The notes beneath the pieces are model-generated. The model saw nothing but the letters and a program-made list of their open reading frames with translations. It was not told the origin of the DNA and ran no database searches. DNA of 64,000 nt from Candidatus Multivoradales bacterium (GTDB lineage Bacteria; Acidobacteriota; Thermoanaerobaculia; Multivoradales; Multivoraceae), in NCBI GenBank assembly GCA_965223325.1, contig CBDCWI010000002.1, positions 1,600,001 through 1,664,000 on the forward strand. Reading direction: 5' to 3'. A program made the position numbers and the translations under genes. Below are positions 51,042 to 62,300 of the stretch, in pieces. Position 1 is the first letter of the stretch; each line of letters opens with the position of its first letter.

Positions 51042-52141
51042 GCCTTGCCTCCCACCGCGCGCCGCGAATCGACTTCGAAAGCTCCGCTATCACGCCTCGC
51101 CGCCTGCTCCTGGGGACCACCGAGCCGGAGAACCTTGCCCGAGCCCCGTGGCAGCTCGAGCGGTTCGGCCTGTCGCGGGCGCACCTCGACCAGCGCCAGC
51201 GCCTCGAGGAGCGCTCTGCGTTGGCGCGCGCCGCCCGCCGACGGCAGATGGTCGTCACGAGTCAGGAGCTCAATCTCGAAGCCCTGCGCGAGCGCCACGG
51301 TGCCGGCCGTTGCCGCCTCGCGCACCCGGAACTCGAAGAGCTCGAGTTCCTGACCAGCGAGAGGTCCGACGGCGTTGTCGAGCACGATCGCCAGGCGTCG
51401 ACTCTGCTCGCGGGCCCGTTCCCTCAGGATGAAACGTCCGGTTCGCGCCGACTGCTTCCAGTGAATGTCGCGCGGGTCGTCGCCTCTACGCATCTCACGC
51501 AGGCCGTAGAGGTCGTGCCCGAAACCGCGCTGGCTCGAGGGCTCTTCGCCGATCTGGCCGGGCACGTCGAGGCGGCGCTCGCCCTCGGCGAGCAGGCGCG
51601 GATAGACCAGGACTTGGCCGTCGATCAAAGCGGTGCGCGAAATGCGAAACAGTCCGAACGGGAACAGAGTGCTCAACCACATTCTCTCGGGGCGCCACCG
51701 GCCGCGGGCCGGCAACGTGACCTCCTGCTCGACCCGCACGACGTCCATCGCACGGCGACGGCGACGGAGGTGTACGACCAGGGCCGGAGCAGCCGCATTC
51801 GAAAGAGCGATCTGAACCAGCCAACGAGGAAGAAACGCCGAGGAGTTGGAGACCCGCACATCGATCGACGCCGGCTCGCCCGCAAAGACCTCATCCTGGG
51901 CCGACACCTCGACCTCGAGCGCGCGGAGGTTGCGTTTCCCTGCAACGACCGACAACAGGCCGACCGCCATCATCGCCGCCATCAACATGTAGAGGGCGTT
52001 GTTGCCGGTGTTCGAACCGGCTACAACGATCACCGCACCGAACAAACCAAACCAGAGCCCGACGCGAGTCAGCTGGACGCCGGTCGGTCGCTCGGTGTTC
52101 TCGCCCTCTGGTAGAGGGTTGGTTTTCCGGTCCTCGGACAC
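51038..52141 (-). CDS. DUF58 domain protein
   Basis: NTGNNALY, FPFGLF and LREMRRGDDPRDIHWKQSAR. Confidence 0.92.
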   Translation of the reverse strand: MSEDRKTNPLPEGENTERPTGVQLTRVGLWFGLFGAVIVVAGSNTGNNALYMLMAAMMAVGLLSVVAGKRNLRALEVEVSAQDEVFAGEPASIDVRVSNSSAFLPRWLVQIALSNAAAPALVVHLRRRRRAMDVVRVEQEVTLPARGRWRPERMWLSTLFPFGLFRISRTALIDGQVLVYPRLLAEGERRLDVPGQIGEEPSSQRGFGHDLYGLREMRRGDDPRDIHWKQSARTGRFILRERAREQSRRLAIVLDNAVGPLAGQELELFEFRVREAATAGTVALAQGFEIELLTRDDHLPSAGGARQRRALLEALALVEVRPRQAEPLELPRGSGKVLRLGGPQEQAARRDSGAFEVDSRRAVGGKA

Positions 52142-52156
52142 CTGAACGTGAGCCCC

Positions 52157-53128
52157 TCAGGCCGGCACTGGAATCTCGGCCACCAGTTCACCCATCGCGC
52201 GACGGCGCGCCTGGGAGTCGGCCCCGGGGCGAGCGAGAATCAAGCGGTGCGCGAGAACGTCGGTGACGACGTTCTGCACGTCGCCCGGGGTGGCGAAGTC
52301 ACGCCCTTCGTACAGCGCCAGCGCCTGGACCGCCCGGTAGAGCCCCTGTACGGCGCGAGTTGAAACGCCCAGGGCAAAGCGTTCGCTGTCGCGGGTGCGA
52401 TGGGCGATCGCGAGAATGTAGTCGGCCAGCTTCTCTGCCACCTTGACCCGCGGCACGGCGCGCTGCAACCGGACCAACCGATCCGCGTCGAGGACAGGTT
52501 CGAGACCGTACAAGCGGTCGCCCACTCCGCCGTCGAGCAGCAGGTTGCGCTCCTCGGATGCCGAGGGGTAGCCGATCTGGAGCGTCATCAGAAAACGATC
52601 CAACTGCGACTCGGGCAGCGGGTAGGTCCCGTGGTGTTCGAGCGGATTCTGGGTAGCGAGAACGATGAACGGCTCGGGAAGCCGGTGGCGCTCACCCTCG
52701 GCAGAGACCTGATTCTCGCTCATCGCCTCGAGCAACGCGGACTGAGTCTTGGGCGTTGCCCGGTTGATCTCGTCGGCGAGCACGACGTTCGCAAAGATCG
52801 GTCCCCGGGTGAATCGAAACGACTCGCTGCGCTGGTCGTAGACCGAAACGCCGAGAATGTCGGACGGCAGGAGGTCGCTGGTGAACTGAATGCGCTGGAA
52901 CTGCACCCCGAGACTTGCGGCGAGTGCCCGCGCCAGGGTGGTCTTACCGACCCCCGGAACATCCTCGATCAAGACATGCCCGCGGGCCAGGAGGGAGACG
53001 ATGGCGAGGCGAATCACTTCGCGCTTGCCCCGAACGATCGACGCGACGTTGTCTTCGAGGCGCTTTAGGACTTCAGTTGGTTCGTCGAGCGCAAGGACGG
53101 TTTTCGATGATGAGGGTTCCGGCAACAT
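52157..53128 (-). CDS. moxR: MoxR family AAA+ ATPase
   Basis: EDVPGVGKT, RIQFTSDLLPSD, LADEINRA, ATQNP and LPESQLDRF. Confidence 0.95.
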   Translation of the reverse strand: MLPEPSSSKTVLALDEPTEVLKRLEDNVASIVRGKREVIRLAIVSLLARGHVLIEDVPGVGKTTLARALAASLGVQFQRIQFTSDLLPSDILGVSVYDQRSESFRFTRGPIFANVVLADEINRATPKTQSALLEAMSENQVSAEGERHRLPEPFIVLATQNPLEHHGTYPLPESQLDRFLMTLQIGYPSASEERNLLLDGGVGDRLYGLEPVLDADRLVRLQRAVPRVKVAEKLADYILAIAHRTRDSERFALGVSTRAVQGLYRAVQALALYEGRDFATPGDVQNVVTDVLAHRLILARPGADSQARRRAMGELVAEIPVPA

Positions 53129-53406
53129 GTGAGGATCCTGAGGGGCTTTGAGGAAAAGAGAACGAGGAGGGGCGCGGTCAAGAGGGCCGGGCACCCTGAG
53201 GTCCATCCTTCATGAACCCGCTTGACTTCCTTCGGCGCAGGAGACAGGAACTTCCAAGAAGAGCGGTCAGCGAGCCGTCGCCCTACGGTCCCCAAAAACT
53301 AGGATATCGCATTTTTCTAACAAAAGCTCCCCCGAGAACCGCCTCCAGATCGTAGTCGGACTGGGTCTCTTCGACCCCCCTTGGCCTGACCGGTTCCCTC
53401 TCGGCG

Positions 53407-53955
53407 TCAGGAGGCGAGGGCCGCGTACTCGGGGTAGGCGCCCCGATCGGCCATTGGAATCGACGGCCGGACCTCGACGTGGAACCCGTCATTCTCCTGG
53501 AAGTCGACATCTTCGAGAACGATCGTCAGCTGACTCGCCGACCCCTTCTGGATGTCCGACGTATCGACGGTTCGACGCCAGTGTTGGCGCTCCTGGCCGG
53601 CGGCATCGGCCTGCGAAATATCGAGCGTCAGCTGCGGAAGGGTGTCGGCAGAGTCTGTCGACACGAGAACGCTGAGCAGTACGTCGGGGTTCGGGGGCTC
53701 GATGACCACCGCCTCCTCTTCGCTGGCCGCGTCGCCTGTGTCGGCAGTCGCCTCGTCGGTGACTTCATCGACCAGGTCGGCGGCTGCTTCACGCAGGACG
53801 AAGTTCTGGAGCTCGGCTTTGTACGCCGACCGCGCCGCCTCGAACGCCTCCTCGGGGCTCTTCTGCCGACAGGCGGAGGCAAACGCTGCGACACAGATCA
53901 AGCTGGCGGCAAGCAGCGCGCCCGTTGAGAGAGAGAAGGGGTAAGACCGTTTCAT
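53407..53955 (-). CDS. Hypothetical lipoprotein
   Basis: MKRSYP...AAFASAC lipobox and an acidic linker. Confidence 0.75.
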   Translation of the reverse strand: MKRSYPFSLSTGALLAASLICVAAFASACRQKSPEEAFEAARSAYKAELQNFVLREAAADLVDEVTDEATADTGDAASEEEAVVIEPPNPDVLLSVLVSTDSADTLPQLTLDISQADAAGQERQHWRRTVDTSDIQKGSASQLTIVLEDVDFQENDGFHVEVRPSIPMADRGAYPEYAALAS

Positions 53956-54260
53956 CACAGATTCTCCTGGAGGGCCAACGAGCCTCTGAACGAGGGGCTC
54001 CCGGCTTCTAGTTGGCACGAACCTCGGTTCGGCGCGGTTCGCATGTTGTCGTCTTGCTCGAGTTGCGGGCAGTCTACCTGTGCTCGTCGATAGGGGATCT
54101 TCGACCGGCCTGGCCCTCCTCCGCAGCGCGGATCGGGCGCCAAAGGCTAGTCATTTGGGGGAGTTCTAGGCTAGAATTACGAGATTCAAGGCGTCACCTT
54201 CGCCATCGGCTCCACCCTCGGCGGGTTCCACATCGCCTGGGAAACACTGCCCACACCACC

Positions 54261-54707
54261 ATGAAATCCGACAAAGTCGCGCAACTCGACCAACTGCTCG
54301 GAACGGCCAGTGCCGCCCGAGACCACGAAAAGCAACGCCAGCGTGAGCGTCTGATCGAAGAACGTCGCCACCTGCATACTTTTCGCCAGCTCACCGACCG
54401 GGTCATTCGCCCGACGGTGCGTGAGTTCATGCAGCGCCTCGAGAGCGGCGGCCATCTGACCCGCCTGCGCAGCATGGCCGAGAACCGCATTCGCTTCGAC
54501 GTCCTGCTCGAGAGCGGCAGCCGGGTCGCCGGTCTGCTCGAGATCGAGCTCGTCGAGGGGAGCCGTGGCCAGATTCGCACCAAGGCGCTACGCAACCTCG
54601 GCAGCATGTTCGAGGACACGACTCCCATCGCCGAGTTCGACGCCGACGTTCTAGGAGACCTTCTGCTCCGCTTCGTGCGCGAGCTCACCTCGCTGCCGCC
54701 GCGCTAG
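54261..54707 (+). CDS. Hypothetical protein (148 aa)
   Basis: ATG at 54261 with GC3-rich codons. Helical N-terminus followed by beta-strands. Confidence 0.65.
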   Translation: MKSDKVAQLDQLLGTASAARDHEKQRQRERLIEERRHLHTFRQLTDRVIRPTVREFMQRLESGGHLTRLRSMAENRIRFDVLLESGSRVAGLLEIELVEGSRGQIRTKALRNLGSMFEDTTPIAEFDADVLGDLLLRFVRELTSLPPR

Positions 54708-54712
54708 CCGAT

Positions 54713-55705
54713 TCAGGCGCTCTGCGATTCCCAGAAGCGTTGGCCGAGCGATCCCGCCAGAATCACCTCGGGCATCAGTCCGATGCCGAAGCGCTCACGG
54801 ACCGCGGCGCGTGCCCGGCGCATGAGGGTGAGCACGTCCTCGGCGGTGGCGCCGCCCAGGTTGACGATCACGTTGGCGTGTTTCTCGCTGATCTGGGCAC
54901 CACCAACTCGTAGGCCCTTCAGTCCACAGGCGTCGATCAGGCGACCGGCGTGGTCGCCCTCCGGGTTCTTGAAGATCGAACCGACATTGGGCTTTCCCGA
55001 AGGCAGGCTGGCCCAGCGCTTCTTGTTGAGCTCGTTGATGCGCGCCAGGGCACGGGCACCATCGCCGCGCTCGAGCTGGAAGGTCGCAGCGAGAACCAGC
55101 TCTCCGGTCTCCTCGATCCGGGTGCGTCGGTAGCCAGGATCGAGCGCGCCAGTCGGTACCGACGCGATCACCCCCTGCCGGTCGACCAGTGTGGCGGTCA
55201 CCAGCACGTCCTTGACCTCGGTACCGTAGCAGCCGGCGTTCATGCGAACGGCACCACCCACCGAGGAAGGAAAGCCCGATAACGCCTCGAGACCGAGCAG
55301 GTTCTGCCGCGCCGTCTGCTGCGCGAGACGGGCCAGCGGAACAGCCGCTCCCGCGATCACCTGCTCGCCCTCGATGTGCCACTCCGCCAGTTCACCGGCC
55401 AGTCGCAGGACGATCCCTGCGAGGCCCTCGTCGGGAAAGAAGACATTCGAGCCGAGACCGAGAACAAAAAAGGCACACCCGGTGCGCGCCGCCAGGCGCA
55501 CGACACTCGCCGCCGCCTGTTCACTGTGGGCGGTCACCAGGAACTCTGCCGCACCGCCGATGCGCAAAGTCGACGAACGCGCCAGCGGTGCGTTGGCTTC
55601 GACCTCGAGATCGGCGATCGCTTCGAGGTCGGCACGGCGGACCGTTCCCGCCGGGTCTTCGGCGCCGCGGGGAGAGTCTCCGCGGTTGCGTTCAGTGGTC
55701 GACAT
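54713..55705 (-). CDS. murB: UDP-N-acetylmuramate dehydrogenase
   Basis: [28 protein letters not shown] and [10 protein letters not shown]. Confidence 0.95.
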   Translation of the reverse strand: MSTTERNRGDSPRGAEDPAGTVRRADLEAIADLEVEANAPLARSSTLRIGGAAEFLVTAHSEQAAASVVRLAARTGCAFFVLGLGSNVFFPDEGLAGIVLRLAGELAEWHIEGEQVIAGAAVPLARLAQQTARQNLLGLEALSGFPSSVGGAVRMNAGCYGTEVKDVLVTATLVDRQGVIASVPTGALDPGYRRTRIEETGELVLAATFQLERGDGARALARINELNKKRWASLPSGKPNVGSIFKNPEGDHAGRLIDACGLKGLRVGGAQISEKHANVIVNLGGATAEDVLTLMRRARAAVRERFGIGLMPEVILAGSLGQRFWESQSA

Positions 55706-55781
55706 GGGTACCTGCCAGCTCCAGCGGCCCTCTGGTCCTCTGACGCCCGCTAACTCGAGCGAACAGAGAATTTACGCCTGC

Positions 55782-55810
55782 TTGACGCCTCGCCTCGAAG
55801 GCGCTACTGT
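55782..55810 (+). promoter_or_regulatory. Putative sigma-70 promoter of recA
   Basis: TTGACG-17 nt-TACTGT. Confidence 0.55.
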
Positions 55811-55910
55811 CAGTCTACCCCCTACTGCACCGGAGACCCCTCGAGCGACTCTGAGATCTCCCGATGGCGGCCCACCACTTCTCCCCAAAGATCCAAGGAG
55901 CGAGTTCCAC

Positions 55911-57005
55911 ATGGCACAAAGCAAACAAGGCGACAAAGAAAAAGCGATTGATGGCGCCCTCAGTCAGATCGAACGCCAGTTCGGCAAGGGCGCGATCATG
56001 CGCCTGGGCCAGTATGAGCACGTCGGTATCGAGTCGATCCCCACCGGCTCGATCGCCGTCGACCACGCCATCGGTACCGGCGGCTTCCCGCGCGGGCGCG
56101 TGGTCGAAGTCTATGGGCCCGAGTCGAGCGGCAAAACCACCCTCGCCCTTTCCGTCGTTGCGGGCGCACAACAAATGGGTGGCTCGGCGGCCTTCATCGA
56201 CGCCGAGCACGCGCTCGACGCTGAATACGCCACCCGCATCGGCGTCGACATCGATCAGCTGCTGGTCTCACAGCCCGACAGCGGCGAACAGGCGCTCGAA
56301 ATCGCCGAGATGCTGGTGCGCTCCAACGCACTCGACATTATTGTCATCGACTCGGTGGCCGCCCTCGTGCCGCGCGCCGAGCTCGAAGGCGAAATGGGCG
56401 ACTCGCACGTTGGCCTCCAGGCCCGCCTGATGTCGCAGGCCCTGCGCAAGCTCACCGCCATTGTCGCCAAGAGCAACACCTGTCTGGTGTTCATCAACCA
56501 GATCCGCGAGAAGATCGGGGTCATGTTCGGTAGTCCCGAAACCACTACCGGTGGCCGGGCGCTCAAGTTCTACTCATCGGTGCGCATCGACATCCGTCGC
56601 ATCGCGGCGATCAAGGATGGCGATGTCGTCGTGGGCTCGCGAGCACGCGTCAAAGTGGTCAAGAACAAGGTCGCGGCGCCGTTCCGTCAAGCCGAGTTCG
56701 ACATCGACTACGGCGAAGGCATTTCAAGGCCGGGCGAGCTCGTTGACCTGGGAGTCGAGCACAAGGTGGTCCAAAAGAGCGGCGCCTGGTACTCGGCCGG
56801 CGACGTGCGTCTCGGCCAGGGACGCGAGAACGCCAAGCAGTTCATGCGCGACAATCCCGAACTCGCCTGGGAGATCGAAGTGCAGATTCGCGAAGCACTC
56901 GGTCTACCCGAGCGCGTCGGTGGCAAACCCGCCGCGGCGGGTCCTGAGGTCCCGCCGCCAGACGCCGAAGCCGCGGCAACCGGTGCCGACGCCGTAGAGA
57001 ACTAG
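55911..57005 (+). CDS. recA: Recombinase A
   Basis: [40 protein letters not shown] and [12 protein letters not shown]. Confidence 0.99.
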   Translation: MAQSKQGDKEKAIDGALSQIERQFGKGAIMRLGQYEHVGIESIPTGSIAVDHAIGTGGFPRGRVVEVYGPESSGKTTLALSVVAGAQQMGGSAAFIDAEHALDAEYATRIGVDIDQLLVSQPDSGEQALEIAEMLVRSNALDIIVIDSVAALVPRAELEGEMGDSHVGLQARLMSQALRKLTAIVAKSNTCLVFINQIREKIGVMFGSPETTTGGRALKFYSSVRIDIRRIAAIKDGDVVVGSRARVKVVKNKVAAPFRQAEFDIDYGEGISRPGELVDLGVEHKVVQKSGAWYSAGDVRLGQGRENAKQFMRDNPELAWEIEVQIREALGLPERVGGKPAAAGPEVPPPDAEAAATGADAVEN

Positions 57006-57225
57006 CGCTTCGCGTGGTTTCGGCCGTTGTTTCGCGGGCCTTGGTCGGGGCGGCGGCGATGGTGGATTGACCATCTCGTGCTGGCCCTGCGTCGTTACCA
57101 CGCGAAGCGCTAGTGTCACTCTTGCCGCGCAGGCGGGTCCGCTGGGCGGGCAGCATGCCTCCGGCGGCCGCCCTGCACTAGCGCTCGTGGACTGCCAGGA
57201 TCCGTCGCGCGCGGCGGATCCTGGC
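57001..57225 (+). repeat. Solo copy of the CTAG-bounded element family, starting at the recA stop codon
   Basis: Perfect 18-bp IR ACTAGCGCTTCGCGTGGT (57001) / ACCACGCGAAGCGCTAGT (57097-57114). Shares GGCGGCCGCCCTGCAC with array B. Confidence 0.9.
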
Positions 57226-57340
57226 CGCCCCGAAACGGCGCCTCCGATGCCCGACCGAATCGATGGCCTCAGCTCGCGCGGAATGCTGGTTCGGGCCGGC
57301 GGTGGCGACTGCAGCATCCGGCGCTGGTAGATTGGCGCCG

Positions 57341-59119
57341 ATGTTTCCCCTTCCAGGCCTCTCTTCTCGTTGGCGCCGGCTTTCGACCCGGCGTTCGCGG
57401 ATCGCCTCAGTCGGCGCGGTGGTCTCTTTCATCGTGCTCTTGTTTCCGCTGGTGCTTTCGGCGCAGGAGATTGGAGCTGGCACGGCGGCAGCGCCTTCGC
57501 CACCCCATTTCGGCCTGTGGTCGATCCTGCCGCCGATCGTTGCCATCGGTCTGGCGCTCCTCTTCCGCGACGTCGTAGTGGCCCTGTTCACCGCCGTGTG
57601 GACGGGCGCCTTTCTGGTCGAGTACTTCGCGCAGGGAAGCGGCTTCTTGTGGAGCCCGGTGCGCGCCCTGGGGCGCACCCTCGACCGATTCGTGCTCGAC
57701 GCCATCATCGATGCCGACCACGCAGCGATTCTGGTGTTCTCGGGACTCCTGGGCGCAATGGTTGCCGTGATCGGTCGCTCGGGCGGCGCGGTGGGCGTCG
57801 TCGAGCGCCTACGTCCCTTTGCTACCAACCGTCGACGCGGGCAACTCGCGACCTGGTTCATGGGCATTGCGGTGTTCTTCGACGACTACGCCAACACCCT
57901 GATCGTTGGCCCCACCATGCGCCCGATCACCGACAACCTGAGGATCAGTCGCGAGAAACTCGCCTACATCGTCGACTCGACGGCCGCACCGATCGTCAGC
58001 CTGGTGCCCATCTCGACCTGGATCGGCTTCGAAATCGGCATGGTCGAAGACGGCCTGCGGGTTGCGGGGCTCGACCGCGACGCCTTCTTGACGATTGTCG
58101 CCTCCATCCCGTTTCGCTTCTACCAGATCCTTGCCCTGGTACTCGGCTTGATGATCGCCATGCGCGGTCTCGACTTCGGCGCCATGCTGCGTGCCGAGCG
58201 GCGCGCCGTCGAGCGCGGTGAACTGATGGCCAGAGATGCCAAGCCACTGGCAGACTTCGAGTCCGACGGCTTCGAACCCGAAGACGACGTCACCGCCAGA
58301 GCGCGCAACGCCATCCTTCCGATCCTGACCGTCGTCGTGTTGACCGTCATCGGGCTCTGGACGACGGGTTCCAGCGGGCTCGAAACGGAAGCCATCGGCC
58401 TCGGCCGCATCCGCGACGTGATCGCCAACGGCGCCAGCACCACCGCTCTTCTCTGGGCCAGCCTTGGTGGGGTGATGGTGGCCGCCGGTCTGGCGATCGG
58501 CCAACGCCTTCTCAGCCTCGAGCAAACGACTCAGGCAGTCGTCTCGGGAATCAAAGCCATGATGACGGCCTTCGTAGTGTTGATTCTGGCCTGGGCACTC
58601 GGCGACGTGTGCGGCGCGATCGGCACCGGCCCCTACCTGCAGCAGGTCACGGAAGGCAATCTCGCCCCGGGCCTCCTGCCGACGGTTGTCTTTGTCCTCG
58701 CAGCCGCCACCGCCTTCGCCACCGGCACGTCCTGGGGCACGATGGGCATCCTCACTCCGCTGGTGATTCCACTGGCGCATGGGCTGGTGATCTCGAGCGG
58801 CGGAGCGGTCGGCCAGGGAAACTACGAAGCGGTGCTGCTCGGGACGGTCGCCGCAGTCCTCGCCGGCAGTGTCTGGGGAGACCACTGTTCACCGATCTCC
58901 GACACCACCATCCTCTCGAGCATGGCCTCGGGCTGCGACCACCTGGCCCACGTGCGCACACAGATTCCCTACGCCATGCTCGCTGGCACCATGGCGATCG
59001 CGCTCGGTTTCCTGCCTACCGGTTTCGGTCTGGCGTGGTGGATCGCCCTGCCGCTCGGCCTGATCGCGATCGTGGGCACCATCCTCCTGGCAGGCAAGAG
59101 CGCCGAAGAGACTACCTGA
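57341..59119 (+). CDS. Na+/H+ antiporter NhaC family protein
   Basis: WSILPP, FFDDYANTL, SREKLAYIVDSTAAP, TGTSWGT and GDHCSPISDTTILSS. Confidence 0.92.
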   Translation: MFPLPGLSSRWRRLSTRRSRIASVGAVVSFIVLLFPLVLSAQEIGAGTAAAPSPPHFGLWSILPPIVAIGLALLFRDVVVALFTAVWTGAFLVEYFAQGSGFLWSPVRALGRTLDRFVLDAIIDADHAAILVFSGLLGAMVAVIGRSGGAVGVVERLRPFATNRRRGQLATWFMGIAVFFDDYANTLIVGPTMRPITDNLRISREKLAYIVDSTAAPIVSLVPISTWIGFEIGMVEDGLRVAGLDRDAFLTIVASIPFRFYQILALVLGLMIAMRGLDFGAMLRAERRAVERGELMARDAKPLADFESDGFEPEDDVTARARNAILPILTVVVLTVIGLWTTGSSGLETEAIGLGRIRDVIANGASTTALLWASLGGVMVAAGLAIGQRLLSLEQTTQAVVSGIKAMMTAFVVLILAWALGDVCGAIGTGPYLQQVTEGNLAPGLLPTVVFVLAAATAFATGTSWGTMGILTPLVIPLAHGLVISSGGAVGQGNYEAVLLGTVAAVLAGSVWGDHCSPISDTTILSSMASGCDHLAHVRTQIPYAMLAGTMAIALGFLPTGFGLAWWIALPLGLIAIVGTILLAGKSAEETT

Positions 59120-59371
59120 TCGGTGAATCCGGGCTCAGGGACGGGAGCGAGGAAGGCGCGGAATAGAGAGGCCCGTCCTTTGGGTTCAGGCCGGCAGGCG
59201 AAGAGTCGTTGACCCTAGTATTCTCTGGGCCCCTCGAGGCGCTCTTCCAGCCCCGCCTGCGCCCCTTCGTCTCGAACACCTTTCTCAACTCGATTGCGCC
59301 GACTACGTAAGCGAGTCGAGGCTCGCCTTCATCCATCGCTTGAGCGAAACCGCTTTCTCGGAGACTCCCCA

Positions 59372-62300
59372 ATGCCCTCCCCAACCTCCTGCTCGACTTC
59401 AACCGGTTCTCGACTCGGCATGCTGGCCGCCGTGGCCGCAGGTCTCTGGCTCGCCCTCTGCATACCGACGGCCAGGGCGCAGGAACCGTCAGACGACGAG
59501 AACGTCTGCAAGCCCTGTGCGGGCGTCATGGTCGACGACCCCGCCGTTCTCAGTCGGCTGCTTCCGCCTCAGGACGACTCGGGGTCGATCTTCGTCGGTT
59601 GGTCTCTCGACCTGGCGCGCGACGCCACCACCTTCCCCGCCGCGCTGCCCGCTCACCTGACGCCGTACGTCACCGCCACCTTTCGCATCGCTCCGCCGTT
59701 GCTCGAACGCGAAGAGGAGTTCGCCACCCAGCTCGAGCGACTCGCGAGGGCGGTGCGCGCGACCGCGAGAACAGGCGGCGAAGCCGCATGGGTCGAGCTG
59801 CGCTGGCAAGGCGAAGCCGATCGCGCAGCGACGGCAGAGGAGTTCGCCTACTTCCTCAAGCGGGCCGCCGTCGCAGTGACGGGCGCCGCCAGCGGCGCGC
59901 GGGTGGTCGTCGGACCACTCGGCACCGGTGACCTCGACTTCCTGCGCAACCTCTACAGCGCCGAGACCGAGGCCTACATCGACGCGGTCTCCTCTTCTGA
60001 GTCGTCTGCCGAAGCAGTCGAGACCTTTGCAGCGGTGGTCAACGACCTCGACCCCGGGGTCGCGGTCGTCGTCGGCCCGCTCACTCTCGGCGACGACCGG
60101 CAGCAGGCGAGTAGCGACCTGGCGGCGCTCGACTTCGAAGACGGAGAGCTGCCAGGCACCGGCGCCAGCGCCGTCGCTTCACAGGCCTTCCGAGCACTCG
60201 CGCGAACTGCCGAGATGGCTTCGGCAGGTGCCTCTCTCACACTCTTCCGTTTCGACGACCGCCTCGAGTTGAACGCCGCGAATCTCGCGCCGTTTCGCTT
60301 GCTGGCCCGTGAGTTCCGCGGCGACATTTCTCCCGACCCCTACTCTCAACCCACCGGCGCTTCGGCTTGGAGTTTCGTGCGCGGCGAAGATCTCGGCCTA
60401 CGCGTCGTAGTGGAAGCTCCGGCTGATGCCGACCGGGTGACCATTGAGCTACCCGACCCGCAGTTGCGGTCGCCGAAACTGCTCGATCCACTGAGCGGCG
60501 AAACGCAGGAGCTCTACAGCGGGCAACGCACCGGCACGGGCTACCGCGTGACGCTCGATGAACCTCCACGATCGTTCGTGCTCAGCTTCGATCGCATGAG
60601 TGCCGCCGAGGCCGCCGCGCTCCAGGGCGTCGAAGGCGTCGACGACCGGGTCGAGGTCGAAAGCACCCGCCAGATTCCGGTCGAGGAGATCCTGCGTCGC
60701 CTGCAGGCTTTCGAGGACGCGCAAGTGCGCCTGCTTGGCACCTACATCGCCAACAACGCAATGTCGCTGCGCTTCCAGCTCGGCGGCACCCAGAGCCTCG
60801 ACGCCACCTTCTCCGGAGCGTTCTTCTTCCGCCAGGGCAAGGACTTTGACTGGGCGTGGCAGGAGCTGTTCATCAACGGCGTCAAATGGCGGCACAAGAC
60901 GTTGCCCGAGATTCCGCTCATTCAACCCGAGAAGGCAACCGCGATGCCGGTCGAGATCAACTTCGACAAGCAGTACCGCTACCGCCTGAAGGGCTCGGGT
61001 ACCGCCCAGGGGAGGGCGTGCTGGGTGGTCGAGTTCGAGCCGGCAGTCGAGATCACGCCGGGTAGTTCCCTGTGGCAGGGAACTCTGTGGGTCGACAAGG
61101 AGCTCTTCGGACGGGTCAAGACCAGGGCCATTCAGCTCGGCCTCGAGGGCGAAGTGGTCTCCAACGAAGAAACTCGCTTCTACACGCCGCTCGATCGTGA
61201 CGGTCAACCAACAGAGTGGTCGAACGACGCCACCTACCTGGCAACCCGCCTGGTCGGGCAGCAGATCTTCTCGGTGATCAACTCGGCGGTCGTCGTCGAA
61301 CGTGAGCTCCTGCTGACCAACATCGAATTCGACCCCACCGACTTCGACGCCCGTCGCGAAGCAGTTCTCGCCTCTCCTGCGACCATGGTGCGCGACACCG
61401 AGAAGGGGATGCGTTATCTGGTGACCGACGATGAAACCGGCGAACGCGTGGTTCAGGAGAACCTCGACCCGAGTCGACGGTTCCTGGTCGGCGGTGCGTT
61501 CTACGACGAGTCGTTCGACTATCCCTTGCCACTGGCGGGCTTCAACTGGCTCAACTTCGACTGGCGCGGGACCGGAACCCAGACCAACGTGTTCATCGCC
61601 GGGCCGCTCATCACCGCCGACATCGCCACCCCGAGCCTCTTTGGCTCGAAGTGGGAAGCCGGAATCGACGCCTTCGCGCTCGCCTTCGCGGGTACTGACT
61701 CGATCTACCGTGGCACGCGCGAGGCCACTGAAGAAGACGTCAAGACACTACGCCCCAACATCGACTTCACGCTCGGCCGACCGCTCGGCGCGTTCAACAA
61801 GGTGCAGTTCGAGTACAGCCTCGGGTGGAACCGCTTCGATGACGACGACGGCACGTCGCCCGATTTCGTCTTGCCCGAGGACCATCTCGACCACCGCCTC
61901 GGCCTGCGTTGGCAGTTCAACCGCTCAGGCTGGAAGGCACGCGCCGGCGGCTCGTTCAACATCCGCGGCGACTGGTCCTTCTGGGGACTGCCTGACAACA
62001 CCGAATTCAGCCCTGACCAGGAGGAGTACATCACCTACGGCGCGGCGATCGGCAAGACCTGGCATCTGCCGAAGTTCATGAAATTCGGGGCCGAGATCGA
62101 GTATGTCGGTGGTGAAGACCTCGACCGCTTCAGCCAGTATCAGTTCGGTCAGTTCAGCGACATCCGCGTGCATGGGTTCCGGAGCGATCTCATTCGCGCC
62201 GAAGAAGCCTGGGGAGCCCACCTCTCCTACGGCCTCAACCTTGGCGAGGTCTTTCGCATCGACCTGCTCGGCGACGCCGCTTTGGCAAGCAACGAACAAA

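Noticed and set aside
48951-53128. moxR-DUF58-transglutaminase as a novel system
   Set aside because: This is a widespread, already described gene trio.
54012-54030. TGGCACG as a sigma-54 promoter
   Set aside because: There is no TTGC -12 element at the required spacing.
55242-55910. Apparent N-terminal extension or intein of RecA (587 aa)
   Set aside because: It is antisense to murB. An SD (AAGGAG) and ATG at 55911 give a normal RecA with no insertion.
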